Source: an uncultured Bacteroidia bacterium
Lineage (GTDB): Bacteria > Bacteroidota > Bacteroidia > Palsa-948
Length of the DNA: 64,000 nt
Direction: 5' to 3'
Assembly: GCA_964481195.1 (NCBI GenBank)
Contig: CAYZTB010000002.1
Location: 66,214-130,213, forward strand
Shown here: one piece after another, positions 47,753 through 58,723 of the stretch
Position numbering within the stretch: the stretch's first letter is position 1
Layout: each line of letters opens with the position of its first letter
Made by a program: the position numbers and the translations under genes
Notes under the pieces: generated by a model
Told to the model about the DNA's origin: nothing
Database searches by the model: none
What the model saw: only the letters and a program-made list of their open reading frames with translations

Positions 47753-49294
47753 TTATCCGGCTACGCGGATTTTTATTTTCTGTCCAGGAATAATTTTCCC
47801 CCCATCGAGTTTGTTCCACTGTTTTATATCTTCAATAGTTACTCCGTTTGATTGTGCAATGCCCCAAAGTGAATCTCCTTTTTGCACTACGTGCAATTTT
47901 ACTTTTACGTTATCCTCTGTAATAATATTTTCAGCAGAAGATTTAGCAGCAGCAGAAGTCGAAGTTTTTGTAGTATCCGCTACAGCTGTTGCTTTAACAG
48001 TTTCAGATTTAATGGGAGCTTTTACATTAATATAAACCGTAAGCTTTTGACCAATATTTAGTTTGGAGCTGCGTAAATGGTTCCAAGCTTTAAGGTCTTC
48101 GGGAGTACAATCATAGCGAGCCGCTACTCTGCTAAGCACTTCTCCTTTCCTTACAATGTGTACTTTGGTGATTTGCTTAATCGCCAAGGTTTGCATGGTA
48201 GAATCTTTTTTTGCATACTCATAAATCTGAGCCTCATTCGTAATGAAACTTCCTATTTTAGCTGTAGGCAAACATAGCGAGTAGCAATTTTCTTCTGAGT
48301 GTGGAATGATTTGTCTTTTGTACGAGGGATTTAAATATTGAACTTCTTCAACAGTCATATCCATGGCTTTAGCAATTTGATGAAAAGAAAGCTCCTGTCT
48401 TAGATTTACGGTGTCAATATCTGCAAACGTAAGTCGTGGAGTTACTGGATAAAGATTATGTTCTTCTGCATGTGTCATCACATAATTAACGGCAATAAAC
48501 GCAGGAACATACCCTTGTGTTTCTCTAGGTAAATAGGGGCGAATTTCCCAATATGTATTTTTTCCTCCAGATCTTCTAATGGCTTTGCTTACAGTGCCGG
48601 GCCCTCCGTTATAGGCTGCAAGAACCATTTGCCAATCCCCAAACATGTTGTACAAAAACTGTATGTAGTCGCAGGCAGCTTCTGTGGATCTGTATAAATC
48701 GCAACGCTCATCCACATAGGATGTAGTTTTAAGCCCCATCATTTTCCCAGTGCCATACATAAATTGCCACATACCCATTGCCCCAACTCTGGAGCGAGCT
48801 TTTGGGTTTAATGCAGATTCTACAATAGCTAAATATTTAAGTTCTAGTGGAATTTTTTTACGATCAAGTATTTCTTCTATTAATGGGAAATACAATTGAG
48901 ATAAGCCAAGCATGCGCTGAACTGTAGCTCGTTTTCTCACAGCATACATCTCTATGTAATTTCGTACTGCGTTATTGTAAACCAACTCAAATGGAGATTC
49001 TTCATCTAGTTTATTCAAGCGAAGAGCGTAAATTGAATCAGAATAGTTTGGTATAGAATCCCCAGCAAATCCATATTTATTTGCTTCAGTTCGTATCGAG
49101 GGGCTATCAAAAAATTGTAAGCGCGAAAGGCTATCTAACATAGCAGCAATTGGGTCGTCAGCAAAAATGCCAGTTGAATCTTTTGATAATATATCTGTTT
49201 TTTGAATTTGAGAATATGCTGTATTTAACCCAATCGTAGTGATTAAAAAATTTAAAAAAAATACACTAGCAGGTATAAGGTTTTTTTTCTGCAT
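47753..49294 (-). CDS. Membrane-bound lytic murein transglycosylase (MltD-like) with 2 C-terminal LysM domains.
   Basis: SLT catalytic region …LAIVESALNPKARSRVGAMGMWQFMYGTG…. Two LysM repeats (HIVRKGEVLSRVAARYD…, HVVQKGDSLWGIAQSNG…). Confidence 0.8.
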   Translation of the reverse strand: MQKKNLIPASVFFLNFLITTIGLNTAYSQIQKTDILSKDSTGIFADDPIAAMLDSLSRLQFFDSPSIRTEANKYGFAGDSIPNYSDSIYALRLNKLDEESPFELVYNNAVRNYIEMYAVRKRATVQRMLGLSQLYFPLIEEILDRKKIPLELKYLAIVESALNPKARSRVGAMGMWQFMYGTGKMMGLKTTSYVDERCDLYRSTEAACDYIQFLYNMFGDWQMVLAAYNGGPGTVSKAIRRSGGKNTYWEIRPYLPRETQGYVPAFIAVNYVMTHAEEHNLYPVTPRLTFADIDTVNLRQELSFHQIAKAMDMTVEEVQYLNPSYKRQIIPHSEENCYSLCLPTAKIGSFITNEAQIYEYAKKDSTMQTLAIKQITKVHIVRKGEVLSRVAARYDCTPEDLKAWNHLRSSKLNIGQKLTVYINVKAPIKSETVKATAVADTTKTSTSAAAKSSAENIITEDNVKVKLHVVQKGDSLWGIAQSNGVTIEDIKQWNKLDGGKIIPGQKIKIRVAG

Positions 49295-49412
49295 ACTATG
49301 TTAAACGATAAAAAAGCCCAAAAGGTTTACCAGAAGGGCGAATTTTTACAATAGTAGTGGAAAATCTCCGTGTTTTTAAATAAAACACCTTCCACTTATT
49401 AACGAAGCAATG

Positions 49413-49694
49413 TTAATGCCAATTTAAACATAAACTATAGTAGGGTTTTTGCTTGTAGCAGTAAGGAAACGCCTGCATCATTCGCATACGTAATTTACCA
49501 GCTATTATTTTTATTTTCTTTGATTTCCTTTTTCTTTGTTTAGAATTGGAATGCATTTTTTTAATTTCTTTTTTTACTGCTTCGCAATCTTTACACGCTG
49601 TTTTCTCTGTATTCTTTATTTCTTGCTTCAGCTCATTTTGCCCCATTAATCGTAAGGGCAGCAAGAAAATTAATATGATTGCAAATATTTTCAT
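49413..49694 (-). CDS. Hypothetical small secreted protein.
   Basis: 93 aa with a signal peptide. Lys-rich. Confidence 0.3.
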   Translation of the reverse strand: MKIFAIILIFLLPLRLMGQNELKQEIKNTEKTACKDCEAVKKEIKKMHSNSKQRKRKSKKIKIIAGKLRMRMMQAFPYCYKQKPYYSLCLNWH

Positions 49695-49747
49695 AGTTAA
49701 TAATAAATCCCCTCTTTGATTTAAAGAGGGGATTTTGGTTTAGCTAA

Positions 49748-52700
49748 TTATACCGGCTTCTTGATGCTGATTTTACTACCCGCATTCCAGGTTTTAAATT
49801 CATTGGTGTAGTATAAGTAAGCAGATGATGCTTCCGATTCATATTCGCCAGGGATATCAGCCTTAAGATCTAAGTTTATGATTTTTGACTCATTAGGTCC
49901 CATGCCCCTGTAATACAATACCAAGTTACTTCCAATCACTTCATAGAAGTCAAACATGTTTTTTTCTTGCAATTCTTTTAGCTGCCAAGGCTGTAAAGAA
50001 AGACCGGCAGGAATTCCAATGATAGCAATTGGACTAGAGATACCATCGTTACTTTTGTTTTTTATTTCAGCAGTTAATCGAATGGTTTCTCCTTGAAAAA
50101 TAACTTTGTTGCTTAGCCTAGTTTTTAAATCAAGCTGACATTCAGCTTCATTAGATGGAAGCGAAGTGTTCCAGCTTACTGCAACTGCATGAGGAAGTGG
50201 ATTTTTTGTTCCAACATATTTTACCTTGAGTGTATGCTTACCTTCTTTTACAAATTGCTCTAGGCTATCAAGTACAATCGCTTCCTTTTCTCCCGCCTTA
50301 TAGGATTGCTCAGCAACTTTTTTTCCATCTACAAAAAATTCTACTTTGCCATCTTCCGGTGTAGCTTTATTTGCTTTTGCATATTCTGTCATGGCTTTTA
50401 AAGCAAGTACCGTTCCTTGTGTGTTTCCAAAAGAGCCATACCCATTTCTGTTTTTTACCAAGTACGCTATCGCTTTATTAGTTGCTATGCTGTTTTTATT
50501 TGGAGATTTTAACATAGCCATAATAGCTAAAGAAGTAGTTTCGATTTTTAATGAGTTACCTGTAGAATGGGTAATTGAATGTGTAGTGCCGTCAAAGCTT
50601 CCATCGTTATTTTGTTTGGATAATAGTTCACCCAACGCTTTCTCGGCATTTTTATCCTGCATAACATATAGCGCATTAACGCTCATTGCTAGTTGATAAG
50701 GATCTTTGTTTTTCATAGCAGTTAAATAAGATTCTTCAGCCTCTTTTTTTAACTGGCTACCATAACCAGCTTCGGCAAGTGCATACACAATATATCCGTT
50801 CATCACCTCATCACTAATGCTCCCAAAGTCATGAAGCGCATACGAGTTTCTGTTAAACTTGCCTTTGCCATCTCTTTGAGATAAGATCCAAGTTGCAGTA
50901 CGGTCAATCATTTTTTGATCAACCCCTTCGTAAACTTTTTTCAAATCATTGAATTGCATTAACCCATAGGCTGTTAGTCCTTGGTGACCAGGCGCTTTGC
51001 CAAACCACTCGTATCCTTTTTGAGAAGTCTCAAAAGTTACTAAGCGTTTGTAGCCTCTGTCTAACATATCTCCAGCATAAGCCAATAGCTTTTCATCTTT
51101 AGATTCGGAAGTTTTTAAATAATCCATCACCATGGCATTCGGATAGCTGCTCATGGATGTTTGCTCAAAGCATCCTCCCGGCTCTCGCAATATTCCATCT
51201 GCTCCGGTTAGTAAATCGCTAACTACGGATGGGAATGCTGTTAGTTTTACTTTGATTGAACCTTTAACTACGTTACGCATATCCACTTCATAAACCGATT
51301 CTCCTTTATCGCCAGAGAAAGAAGCAGTAATAGGAAACCCTTTTGAAACAACTTTTATGTTTTGAGAAAAAGCATCTTTCATTCCACAAGCTTTGAAAGA
51401 AACTTCAAGGTTGCCTTCCGTTATTTCATTTTTCACTTTGTAGTCTAGAAATAGTGTTGTTGCTTTTCCGGGAGCTAGCGTATGTAGTTTTGCAATGGTT
51501 GAAACTAATTCCAATCCAGCCGGAGCAGTAACTGTTAACAAACCGCTTACGGATGCAGAGGTATTATTTTTTAAAGTAAGTGGAATAGAAACCAAGTCTT
51601 CAGTTACAACTTCTGAAGGAAATTTTGTGGTTAGAGAAAAAGGCATTTGAGTGAAAAAAGTTTTTTCAGTACGACCAATACTTCCATCATTGCCAATACC
51701 TTCTGCAGTAGCTCTGAAAGAAGTAATATCGTCCGAATTGTAAAAGGAAACTTCTGCCTTTCCGGAGTTGTTCACCTGAACACTAGGATTCCAATATACG
51801 GTTGATCTAAAATCTGTTCTTTGCTCCGGATATTCATCTTTTTTATATACAGGTGCAGCAAACTGTTTGGCTCTGTAATAAACTACTGCCTTTGCCTGTT
51901 TATTTACTTCTGCAGCTTGAAACTCGTCTCTAAATTCTTTTCTAGCCATTCGATCATCGGCCATGGATATTTTTCCTTTGTTTTTAGATTCGTCTTGATT
52001 CAATTTTGCTACTTCATCTTCTTTTTTTTCATTTGATTTTTTTACTGCTTTATTATCCGAGGAAGGCACTTTGTCTTTTTTCAATGCTACTAACTCTGCA
52101 ACTTGTATTTCATTTCTCACAAGCTTTTCCATTGGAGCATCAAAGTCCACTTCAGCATCATTTTGTACTCTATTGCCAGCAGCTGCTTGAGGAAAATTCC
52201 CATTCCCCCATGCACTAGACTTGGTGCTCATAGTATTGTATCGATTGTTGTTTAATGGATATAAGTAGTACGACAGATTTTGGCCGTAGTCGTTAACATT
52301 ATATTGTTGTTGATTATAGTTTGATGCATTTACCAATATATGAGTAGGGTCTGACAGATCAATTTTTTTCAAAGAGAATGCTCCTTTATCATCAGTCTCA
52401 ATGGTTGCGCCATCGGTACTCACTTTTAATTTAGCATTTGGAATTGGCTTTCCAGTGTATGCATCTAATACTATTCCGGATACAATCGATTTTTCTGCCG
52501 CATAGGTAATTTTTGGAAGATCGTCAGACATTATTTTTTCCCACGAAAATTTCCTCCATCCGCTCGTAAGCATTAGGTAGTCTAACGCTTGATTTGATTT
52601 AGGCTCCTTGCTGTCAAAATAAAAATTTGGCTCTTCAATTTTTTCTTTGATATCATATTCTAACAACATTTTAGAAAGTATATTCCCTTGTTTATCATCA

Positions 52701-54184
52701 GCAAATGCTAGCAGTTGATCATTTACTACACTCAGAGAAAGATTAGCAGGCATAGGCATTCCACGTTCATCCATTACTTTGATAATCATATTCACCTTTT
52801 CTCTTGGCAAATATTTTTCTTTATCTGTTTCAATGGATACACTCAGCTGTTGATCTCGGTGAGCAAAGGCAAGTCGTTCTGCACGTTCAATGCCTTTCGA
52901 ATCAAATAAGGTAAATTGCACCACGCCTTTTGGAAATTTATTAGCCGGCACAATCAACTTGTTTTGTCCGGCAGTAACCTGAAGTGCGGTTGCATAACAT
53001 ACTTTTCCTCTAACTTGACCAATTAATGAAAGCTCTTCGGTTTCGGTGGTGCTTATGTTTATAGAAATTTCTTTTTCGTTATTATCTTGTACCGAAAGTA
53101 CATAGCCACGTTGCAGCGATTCTGGCAAATCAAAACTTTCATTTATACCTGAGGGATTAGTGATTTTGGCCACATATTTTTCACCTAAGGCAGGAGTAAT
53201 ATCAAACGCACCCATGCCGTTATGGTAGCTACTGAAATCAGCAACTTTTTTTCCTGTGCTGTTAAGTACAATCCCTTTTACATCGGCAGGTTTTCCAAAT
53301 TCATTCAAGGCTTTAAATGCTACCCTGCTTTCAACACCTCTAATAAGGTCTCCACCTTCTGGAAATAATGCAAATTGTATTTTATTCAGGACTAAAGGAA
53401 TAGATCTGGAAATAGATTCCGTCTGTCCCTGATACTCAATCATTATATTTAGAATTCCATCATTCGACTTTAATTTTTCTGGCAACTTAAATTTGATAGA
53501 CTTGTTTCCTATTGCATCTGTAATGGCATACTCTTCAATTAATTTTTCTCCATTAAGTTGAGCAACGTATTTTATTTTGTAGGAAGCCAATGGTTTGTTC
53601 TCATTGGTTTCTATTTTAATTTTTGCTGCTACTTCATCGCCTGCACCAAATGCTTTGCGATCAAAATCCAATTTCATCTTTAATGCCGGCAACACTACAT
53701 CCTGAACCGTAATAGTTTTTTCAAAAAAAGAGGAATCGTTTTTTTGCCAATTTGTATACGCCTTCACTTTGTATAAACCACCAGCAACTTCTTTATCTAA
53801 TAAGAAATCTCCCGAAGCTTTCCCGTTTTTAGAAATAAGTCGAATTGTTTTTTCAACATTTCCGCGCGGATTAATAAATTCAACATTCAGCATGTCGCTT
53901 TGGTCGCTTGGCTTTAAGTTGCTTCCGTTTCTCACATAGGCCGAGAACCAAATGGTTTCTCCAGGATTATAAAACGATTTGTCAAATTGTACATAAACTC
54001 GGTCTTCAGGAAATCGTTCCGACACTTCAGTGGTTTTCTTTTTTAATGTTCTTATAAATTCATTTTCAATGGTCGGTATTAAATTGCTTGGAGCCATCCA
54101 GCTCATTAAACCAATAAAAGAGGCGGAAGCAAAAAGAGCTATGGCCCCTTTTCCTATTTTTCTGTTTGTGGTTACTTTTTTCAT
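49748..54184 (-). CDS. Bacterial alpha-2-macroglobulin family protein (MG domains plus thioester region).
   Basis: 1,478 aa with an N-terminal membrane anchor. Thioester-type motif GCFEQT (a variant of CGEQ) within …REPGGCFEQTSMSSYPNAMV…. Confidence 0.8.
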   Translation of the reverse strand: MKKVTTNRKIGKGAIALFASASFIGLMSWMAPSNLIPTIENEFIRTLKKKTTEVSERFPEDRVYVQFDKSFYNPGETIWFSAYVRNGSNLKPSDQSDMLNVEFINPRGNVEKTIRLISKNGKASGDFLLDKEVAGGLYKVKAYTNWQKNDSSFFEKTITVQDVVLPALKMKLDFDRKAFGAGDEVAAKIKIETNENKPLASYKIKYVAQLNGEKLIEEYAITDAIGNKSIKFKLPEKLKSNDGILNIMIEYQGQTESISRSIPLVLNKIQFALFPEGGDLIRGVESRVAFKALNEFGKPADVKGIVLNSTGKKVADFSSYHNGMGAFDITPALGEKYVAKITNPSGINESFDLPESLQRGYVLSVQDNNEKEISINISTTETEELSLIGQVRGKVCYATALQVTAGQNKLIVPANKFPKGVVQFTLFDSKGIERAERLAFAHRDQQLSVSIETDKEKYLPREKVNMIIKVMDERGMPMPANLSLSVVNDQLLAFADDKQGNILSKMLLEYDIKEKIEEPNFYFDSKEPKSNQALDYLMLTSGWRKFSWEKIMSDDLPKITYAAEKSIVSGIVLDAYTGKPIPNAKLKVSTDGATIETDDKGAFSLKKIDLSDPTHILVNASNYNQQQYNVNDYGQNLSYYLYPLNNNRYNTMSTKSSAWGNGNFPQAAAGNRVQNDAEVDFDAPMEKLVRNEIQVAELVALKKDKVPSSDNKAVKKSNEKKEDEVAKLNQDESKNKGKISMADDRMARKEFRDEFQAAEVNKQAKAVVYYRAKQFAAPVYKKDEYPEQRTDFRSTVYWNPSVQVNNSGKAEVSFYNSDDITSFRATAEGIGNDGSIGRTEKTFFTQMPFSLTTKFPSEVVTEDLVSIPLTLKNNTSASVSGLLTVTAPAGLELVSTIAKLHTLAPGKATTLFLDYKVKNEITEGNLEVSFKACGMKDAFSQNIKVVSKGFPITASFSGDKGESVYEVDMRNVVKGSIKVKLTAFPSVVSDLLTGADGILREPGGCFEQTSMSSYPNAMVMDYLKTSESKDEKLLAYAGDMLDRGYKRLVTFETSQKGYEWFGKAPGHQGLTAYGLMQFNDLKKVYEGVDQKMIDRTATWILSQRDGKGKFNRNSYALHDFGSISDEVMNGYIVYALAEAGYGSQLKKEAEESYLTAMKNKDPYQLAMSVNALYVMQDKNAEKALGELLSKQNNDGSFDGTTHSITHSTGNSLKIETTSLAIMAMLKSPNKNSIATNKAIAYLVKNRNGYGSFGNTQGTVLALKAMTEYAKANKATPEDGKVEFFVDGKKVAEQSYKAGEKEAIVLDSLEQFVKEGKHTLKVKYVGTKNPLPHAVAVSWNTSLPSNEAECQLDLKTRLSNKVIFQGETIRLTAEIKNKSNDGISSPIAIIGIPAGLSLQPWQLKELQEKNMFDFYEVIGSNLVLYYRGMGPNESKIINLDLKADIPGEYESEASSAYLYYTNEFKTWNAGSKISIKKPV

Positions 54185-54297
54185 TGTTATAGATTTTTAG
54201 TTTATTTCGGTTTGTTTATTAGAAGGATGCATGGTTTTTGTTCTTTCCATAAACAAAAGAGTTATTTTTTTTAGCTTTACTACTTATTACAAATTGA

Positions 54298-54918
54298 TTG
54301 GCTAGCAACACCGACATAAAATCCTATTCCGATTCAGAGCTTGTACTAAAGTTTAAGGAAACTCGCGACAATGCCTTGGTGGGTGAGCTTTATCAGCGCT
54401 ATACTCATTTGGTATTTGGTGTGTGCATGAAATATTTAAAAGATGAGGATGAAGCCAAAGATGGTGTTATGCAAGTTTTTGAGAAATTACTTACCGATCT
54501 GCACAGACATAAAGTAGAAAACTTCAAAGGCTGGCTTTACATGGTTTCAAAAAACCACTGTTTAATGTATTTTCGAACTAAAAAACAACATGTTGAGTTG
54601 CCCAGAGAGTTATCCAGCGATGGGATGGAGGAGGAATCTACTTATTTGAGTAACGGAGTTGGAGGAACTATGGAATTGTCGTCCGATTTGCATCCTATTG
54701 GTGAAGATAAAGAGCGGCAGCTTACCTCCATGGAAGCAGCTATTCTAGAATTAAAGAAAGAACAAAAGATATGTATAGAACTCTTTTATTTGCAAGAAAA
54801 ATCATACGAAGACGTGGCCAAGCAAACAGGATTTAGTATGAATGAAGTAAAGAGTTATATACAAAATGGTAAACGAAACTTGAAAATATTAATGACTGCT
54901 AAATCTGTTCGCAGTTAA
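54298..54918 (+). CDS. ECF-type RNA polymerase sigma-70 family factor.
   Basis: Region 2 (…VGELYQRYTHLVFGVCMKYL…) and a region 4 HTH (…SYEDVAKQTGFSMNEVKSYIQNGKRNL). Confidence 0.8.
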   Translation: MASNTDIKSYSDSELVLKFKETRDNALVGELYQRYTHLVFGVCMKYLKDEDEAKDGVMQVFEKLLTDLHRHKVENFKGWLYMVSKNHCLMYFRTKKQHVELPRELSSDGMEEESTYLSNGVGGTMELSSDLHPIGEDKERQLTSMEAAILELKKEQKICIELFYLQEKSYEDVAKQTGFSMNEVKSYIQNGKRNLKILMTAKSVRS

Positions 54919-54931
54919 GTATTGCGCAAAA

Positions 54932-56275
54932 ATGAAGAACACAAATAATATATTTGAACATTCGGAATGCATATCAGAAGAAATGTTGTTAGGCTACATT
55001 TCCGAAAAACTTTCTCCTTCCGAAAAGCATGCTGTAGAAAAACATTTGCTTGATTGCGCGATGTGTTCCGATGCAGAAGAAGGCTTGAGGTTAATTGCTG
55101 ACAAAAACAAAATTTCTAAAATAACGGCTGATTTAAATAAACAGATACTTCAAAAAACAGGAAAGAAAGAAGCTAAAATTATTTTCCTGCAACAATACAG
55201 AACCCAACTTGCAATAGCGGCATCAATCGTTATTATTTTTGGACTCGTATTATTTTTCAGAAACAGCGTTTCCATGGACGAGATTGACTCCGCAACTGCC
55301 GAAAAAATATTTGCAGATAAATTTGAACCTATTCAAGAAGAACGCAAAGGAGAGACAAATCTCTCAGAACCAGAGCAAATTTCGCATAGCGCTAATGTTG
55401 AATCTGCAAGCACTCAAAAATATAACGTACAAGAACAAGAAGATGCTCCTGTAGAAAGCAGTGATTTAGAAGTTGCTGAAAACAAGCCTTCGGAGTCATT
55501 CTTAAAAAAAGCTGAGAGCAAGAACTCAGCAGCGGCAAAAGAAGTTGCTGTGGCACCTACACCTTCAACTCGGTCCGAAGTGGATGCTTTTGCAAGTGAC
55601 GAAGCGCTCGAAGAAGTTGCTGTGAAACAAACTGCAGTATCCAAGTCCATGAGTCCAACTAAATCTGCAGCAGGTGTAACTTCAGACGCTCGTAACGATG
55701 ACAACAAGGACAGAGATAATTATTCCAATGTTGAGATTTCGAAAAATGAAAACCAAACTCATCTTATGGCTTTGGAAACCAAGTCTAAATCAGAAAAGAA
55801 AAGAGCAAAAGGGAATAGAAGTGATAATCAGCCAGCACAGGCTGAACCAGCTACACCAGCAAATACATTATCAGTAGGAAATGTTATGAAGCAGGATAGT
55901 ACAGCGTCCAATAAAATGAAAGCTAGTGAAGGAGCACAGTCAACCACAAGTTCCGTGCAAGCGCCCCATGAAGATGCTATTGTTGAATTTGAAAGAGTTT
56001 TAAAAAATGACCCTAATAACTATCACGCACTTTTTTATACTGGAGTACATTATCTGGGAGGAGGGGAGACGGAAAGAGCAGTCAAAAATCTTAATAAAGT
56101 GTTTGCCGTTAAGGATGGTGAATTTTACGATGCTACAAAGTGGTATTTAGCACTGGCGTATATAAAAATGAAGGATGTTAAAAGTGCTAGAAAAAATCTT
56201 AGTGAACTTGAAAAAAATCCTGATAGCAAGTTTCAAAAACAAGCAGCCGAGACGTTGAAGGAGTTAGCTAAATAA
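54932..56275 (+). CDS. Putative anti-sigma factor (zinc-finger N-terminus, single TM, TPR-like C-terminus).
   Basis: HLLDCAMCSDAEEG (zf-HC2-like), TM LAIAASIVIIFGLVLFF, a long acidic/Ser-Ala low-complexity linker, and a C-terminal TPR-like segment. Lies 13 nt after the ECF sigma gene. Confidence 0.55.
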   Translation: MKNTNNIFEHSECISEEMLLGYISEKLSPSEKHAVEKHLLDCAMCSDAEEGLRLIADKNKISKITADLNKQILQKTGKKEAKIIFLQQYRTQLAIAASIVIIFGLVLFFRNSVSMDEIDSATAEKIFADKFEPIQEERKGETNLSEPEQISHSANVESASTQKYNVQEQEDAPVESSDLEVAENKPSESFLKKAESKNSAAAKEVAVAPTPSTRSEVDAFASDEALEEVAVKQTAVSKSMSPTKSAAGVTSDARNDDNKDRDNYSNVEISKNENQTHLMALETKSKSEKKRAKGNRSDNQPAQAEPATPANTLSVGNVMKQDSTASNKMKASEGAQSTTSSVQAPHEDAIVEFERVLKNDPNNYHALFYTGVHYLGGGETERAVKNLNKVFAVKDGEFYDATKWYLALAYIKMKDVKSARKNLSELEKNPDSKFQKQAAETLKELAK

Positions 56276-56306
56276 TGTTTTTGAAGGAGTATCGAACAGA
56301 AAATTA

Positions 56307-57131
56307 TTAGTGCTCAAACTGTATTTCGTAAATCTTAGGCCACATTTTCCCTGTAACATATATTTTATCTGTGATGGAATCAAAAGCTATTCCATTCATT
56401 TCAAAACTGCGCGGGTGTAATTTTCTAGCACTATCTGCTAAAGAGTTGAGATTTAATTTAGCAACTATTTTTCCGTTACTTGTGTCAATTTTTACAATGG
56501 TATTATTCCCCCATATATTCGCATAGATATAGCCGTTAATAAATTCAAGCTCATTTAAAAAATCCTTTGCATACCCATTTTCAGAAACTGCTTTTGTTTT
56601 AACTGGCTGAAGTGTATTTGGGTCCAAGTAGGTTAAGTTGTTAGTGCCATCGCTCATAATAATGTATTTACCATCTGTTGTTAATCCCCAACCCTCTTTA
56701 TTTGAGTAGGAAAAGCTTTTTATTTTTTTAAACGTAGTGGCATCGTACACAAAGCCAATTTGATTTTTATATGTTAGTTGATAAACCTTCCCATTCAAAA
56801 AAATAATTCCTTCCCCAAAATATTTATCCTTATCTATTTCAACTTTAACATCTATTTTTCCTGTTTTTAAATCCACAATTCCAAATAATGATTTGGTTTG
56901 TGGCAGGTCCCCAGTTGCGCCAGTACTTTCAAATAATTGCCCGTTGTGAAATACTAAGCCTTCGGTAAAAGAATTTATATCATGCTCGTAAGAATTTACA
57001 AGGGTAAAATTTATGTCTCTTACAGACTCTTTTACTGCAGTTTGATTTTTGTAAGTTGGCGGATTGCTTTCTTCATTACCACAGGAGAATAATAATGTAA
57101 GAGAAAGTAATACGGACAGTAATCGAATCAT
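56307..57131 (-). CDS. Glutaminyl-peptide cyclotransferase (plant/bacterial beta-propeller type).
   Basis: Lipoprotein signal, …GLVFHNGQLFESTGATG… and repeated propeller blades. Confidence 0.7.
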   Translation of the reverse strand: MIRLLSVLLSLTLLFSCGNEESNPPTYKNQTAVKESVRDINFTLVNSYEHDINSFTEGLVFHNGQLFESTGATGDLPQTKSLFGIVDLKTGKIDVKVEIDKDKYFGEGIIFLNGKVYQLTYKNQIGFVYDATTFKKIKSFSYSNKEGWGLTTDGKYIIMSDGTNNLTYLDPNTLQPVKTKAVSENGYAKDFLNELEFINGYIYANIWGNNTIVKIDTSNGKIVAKLNLNSLADSARKLHPRSFEMNGIAFDSITDKIYVTGKMWPKIYEIQFEH

Positions 57132-57143
57132 TGTATAAAAAAC

Positions 57144-58619
57144 TTATTTTTCTTTTTCCCAAAGAACACCATCTTTAGTGTCTTTAACAGAGATTTTTGT
57201 TTTTGCTAAGCCATCTCGAATTTTATCAGAAGTAGGGAAATCTTTTTTTTCTTTTGCTTCTTTTCTGATATCTAAAATTAAACCCATTAAGTTGTCAACC
57301 AACTCGCCATTATCAGCAGATGCGTTTTCTTCATTTAATCCAAGCACATCTACTATAAATCCGTGAAATAGTTTTTTTAGTATTTCAAGATCTGATTTAT
57401 TAATTGTTTCTTTTTTGTCATAGATGGAATTAATAGTTTTTACTCCATCAAACAAATGCGATAAAAGTACTGGGCTGTTAAAATCATCATTCATTGCCGC
57501 AAAGCATCTATCCTGAAGTGCATTTACATCAAAAGAAGATTTTTCAGAAGAAATTAATTTGTCTAACTTTTTTACAGCGCTCATCAAACGATCATACCCT
57601 TTTTCGGATGCTTGCAATGATTCATTCGAAAAATCCAAGGTGCTTCTATAATGTGTTTGAAGCATAAAAAATTTTACCCCCATTGGAGCGTATCCTTTGT
57701 CCAGTAACTTATGACTTCCTGAAAATAGTTCATGTGGTAAAAATCCGTTTCCGGCACTTTTTGACATGCGCACTCCATTTACAGTAAGCATGTTCGTATG
57801 CATCCAATATTTAACAGGCTCACATTTATTGCATGCTTGTGATTGAGCTATTTCATTGGTATGATGAGTGGCAATTAAATCCATTCCTCCACCGTGAATA
57901 TCAAATGTAGCGCCTAGGTATTTGGTGCTCATGGCCGAACATTCTAAGTGCCAACCAGGAAATCCCCATCCCCAAGGAGAAGGCCAGCGCATGATATGCT
58001 CCGGTTTTGCTTTTATCCAAAGAGCAAAATCTAAACGCCCCTTTTTTTCATCCTGGCCTCCAAGTTCACGAGTTCCTTCAAGTAACTCTTCCAGTTTTCG
58101 ATTGGATAAAATGCCATAATTTTTTTCGGATGAATATTTTTCTACATCAAAATATACGGTACCGTTAGATTCGTACGCTAAGCCGGCATCCATAATTTGT
58201 TTGGTCATTTCTATTTGCTCCGAAATATGACCGGTTGCAGTTGGCTCAATGCTTGGGGGCAGCGTATTAAATTGTGACATTACTTGACGAAAGCCTACAG
58301 TATACTTCTGTACAATTTCCATTGGTTCTACCTGTTCTAATTTTGCTTTCTTAACAAACTTATCTCCACCCTCGTCCCTGTCTCCTTCCAAATGTCCTGC
58401 ATCTGTAATATTACGTACGTAACGGACTTTATATCCTACAAATAACAGATACCTGTAAATTAAATCAAAGGAAATAAATGTTCTGCAGTTTCCTAGATGC
58501 ACATCATCGTAAACGGTTGGTCCGCACACATACATGCCTACAAGCGGGGAGTGTAGCGGGACAAATGCTTCCTTCTTCCTAGACAGTGTGTTATAAATAT
58601 TTATTTTTTGAGTGCTCAT
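57144..58619 (-). CDS. cysS: Cysteine--tRNA ligase.
   Basis: MYVCGPTVYDDVHLGNCRT (HIGH-type motif) and KMSKS. Confidence 0.95.
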   Translation of the reverse strand: MSTQKINIYNTLSRKKEAFVPLHSPLVGMYVCGPTVYDDVHLGNCRTFISFDLIYRYLLFVGYKVRYVRNITDAGHLEGDRDEGGDKFVKKAKLEQVEPMEIVQKYTVGFRQVMSQFNTLPPSIEPTATGHISEQIEMTKQIMDAGLAYESNGTVYFDVEKYSSEKNYGILSNRKLEELLEGTRELGGQDEKKGRLDFALWIKAKPEHIMRWPSPWGWGFPGWHLECSAMSTKYLGATFDIHGGGMDLIATHHTNEIAQSQACNKCEPVKYWMHTNMLTVNGVRMSKSAGNGFLPHELFSGSHKLLDKGYAPMGVKFFMLQTHYRSTLDFSNESLQASEKGYDRLMSAVKKLDKLISSEKSSFDVNALQDRCFAAMNDDFNSPVLLSHLFDGVKTINSIYDKKETINKSDLEILKKLFHGFIVDVLGLNEENASADNGELVDNLMGLILDIRKEAKEKKDFPTSDKIRDGLAKTKISVKDTKDGVLWEKEK

Positions 58620-58723
58620 AAAAACAAAAAACTCCTTGCCTGAAGTTTAGAGTATAAAAGTAGATAAAAAAAGTAGTCCCGATAATTTCTTATCAGGACT
58701 AAATAGAATATCTATGTTTAATA

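Noticed and set aside
57922-58119. Small plus-strand ORFs inside cysS and other short antisense ORFs (for example 3211–3558, 5372–5847, 31116–32245, 34739–35421).
   Set aside because: They are all antisense or embedded in strongly supported long genes.
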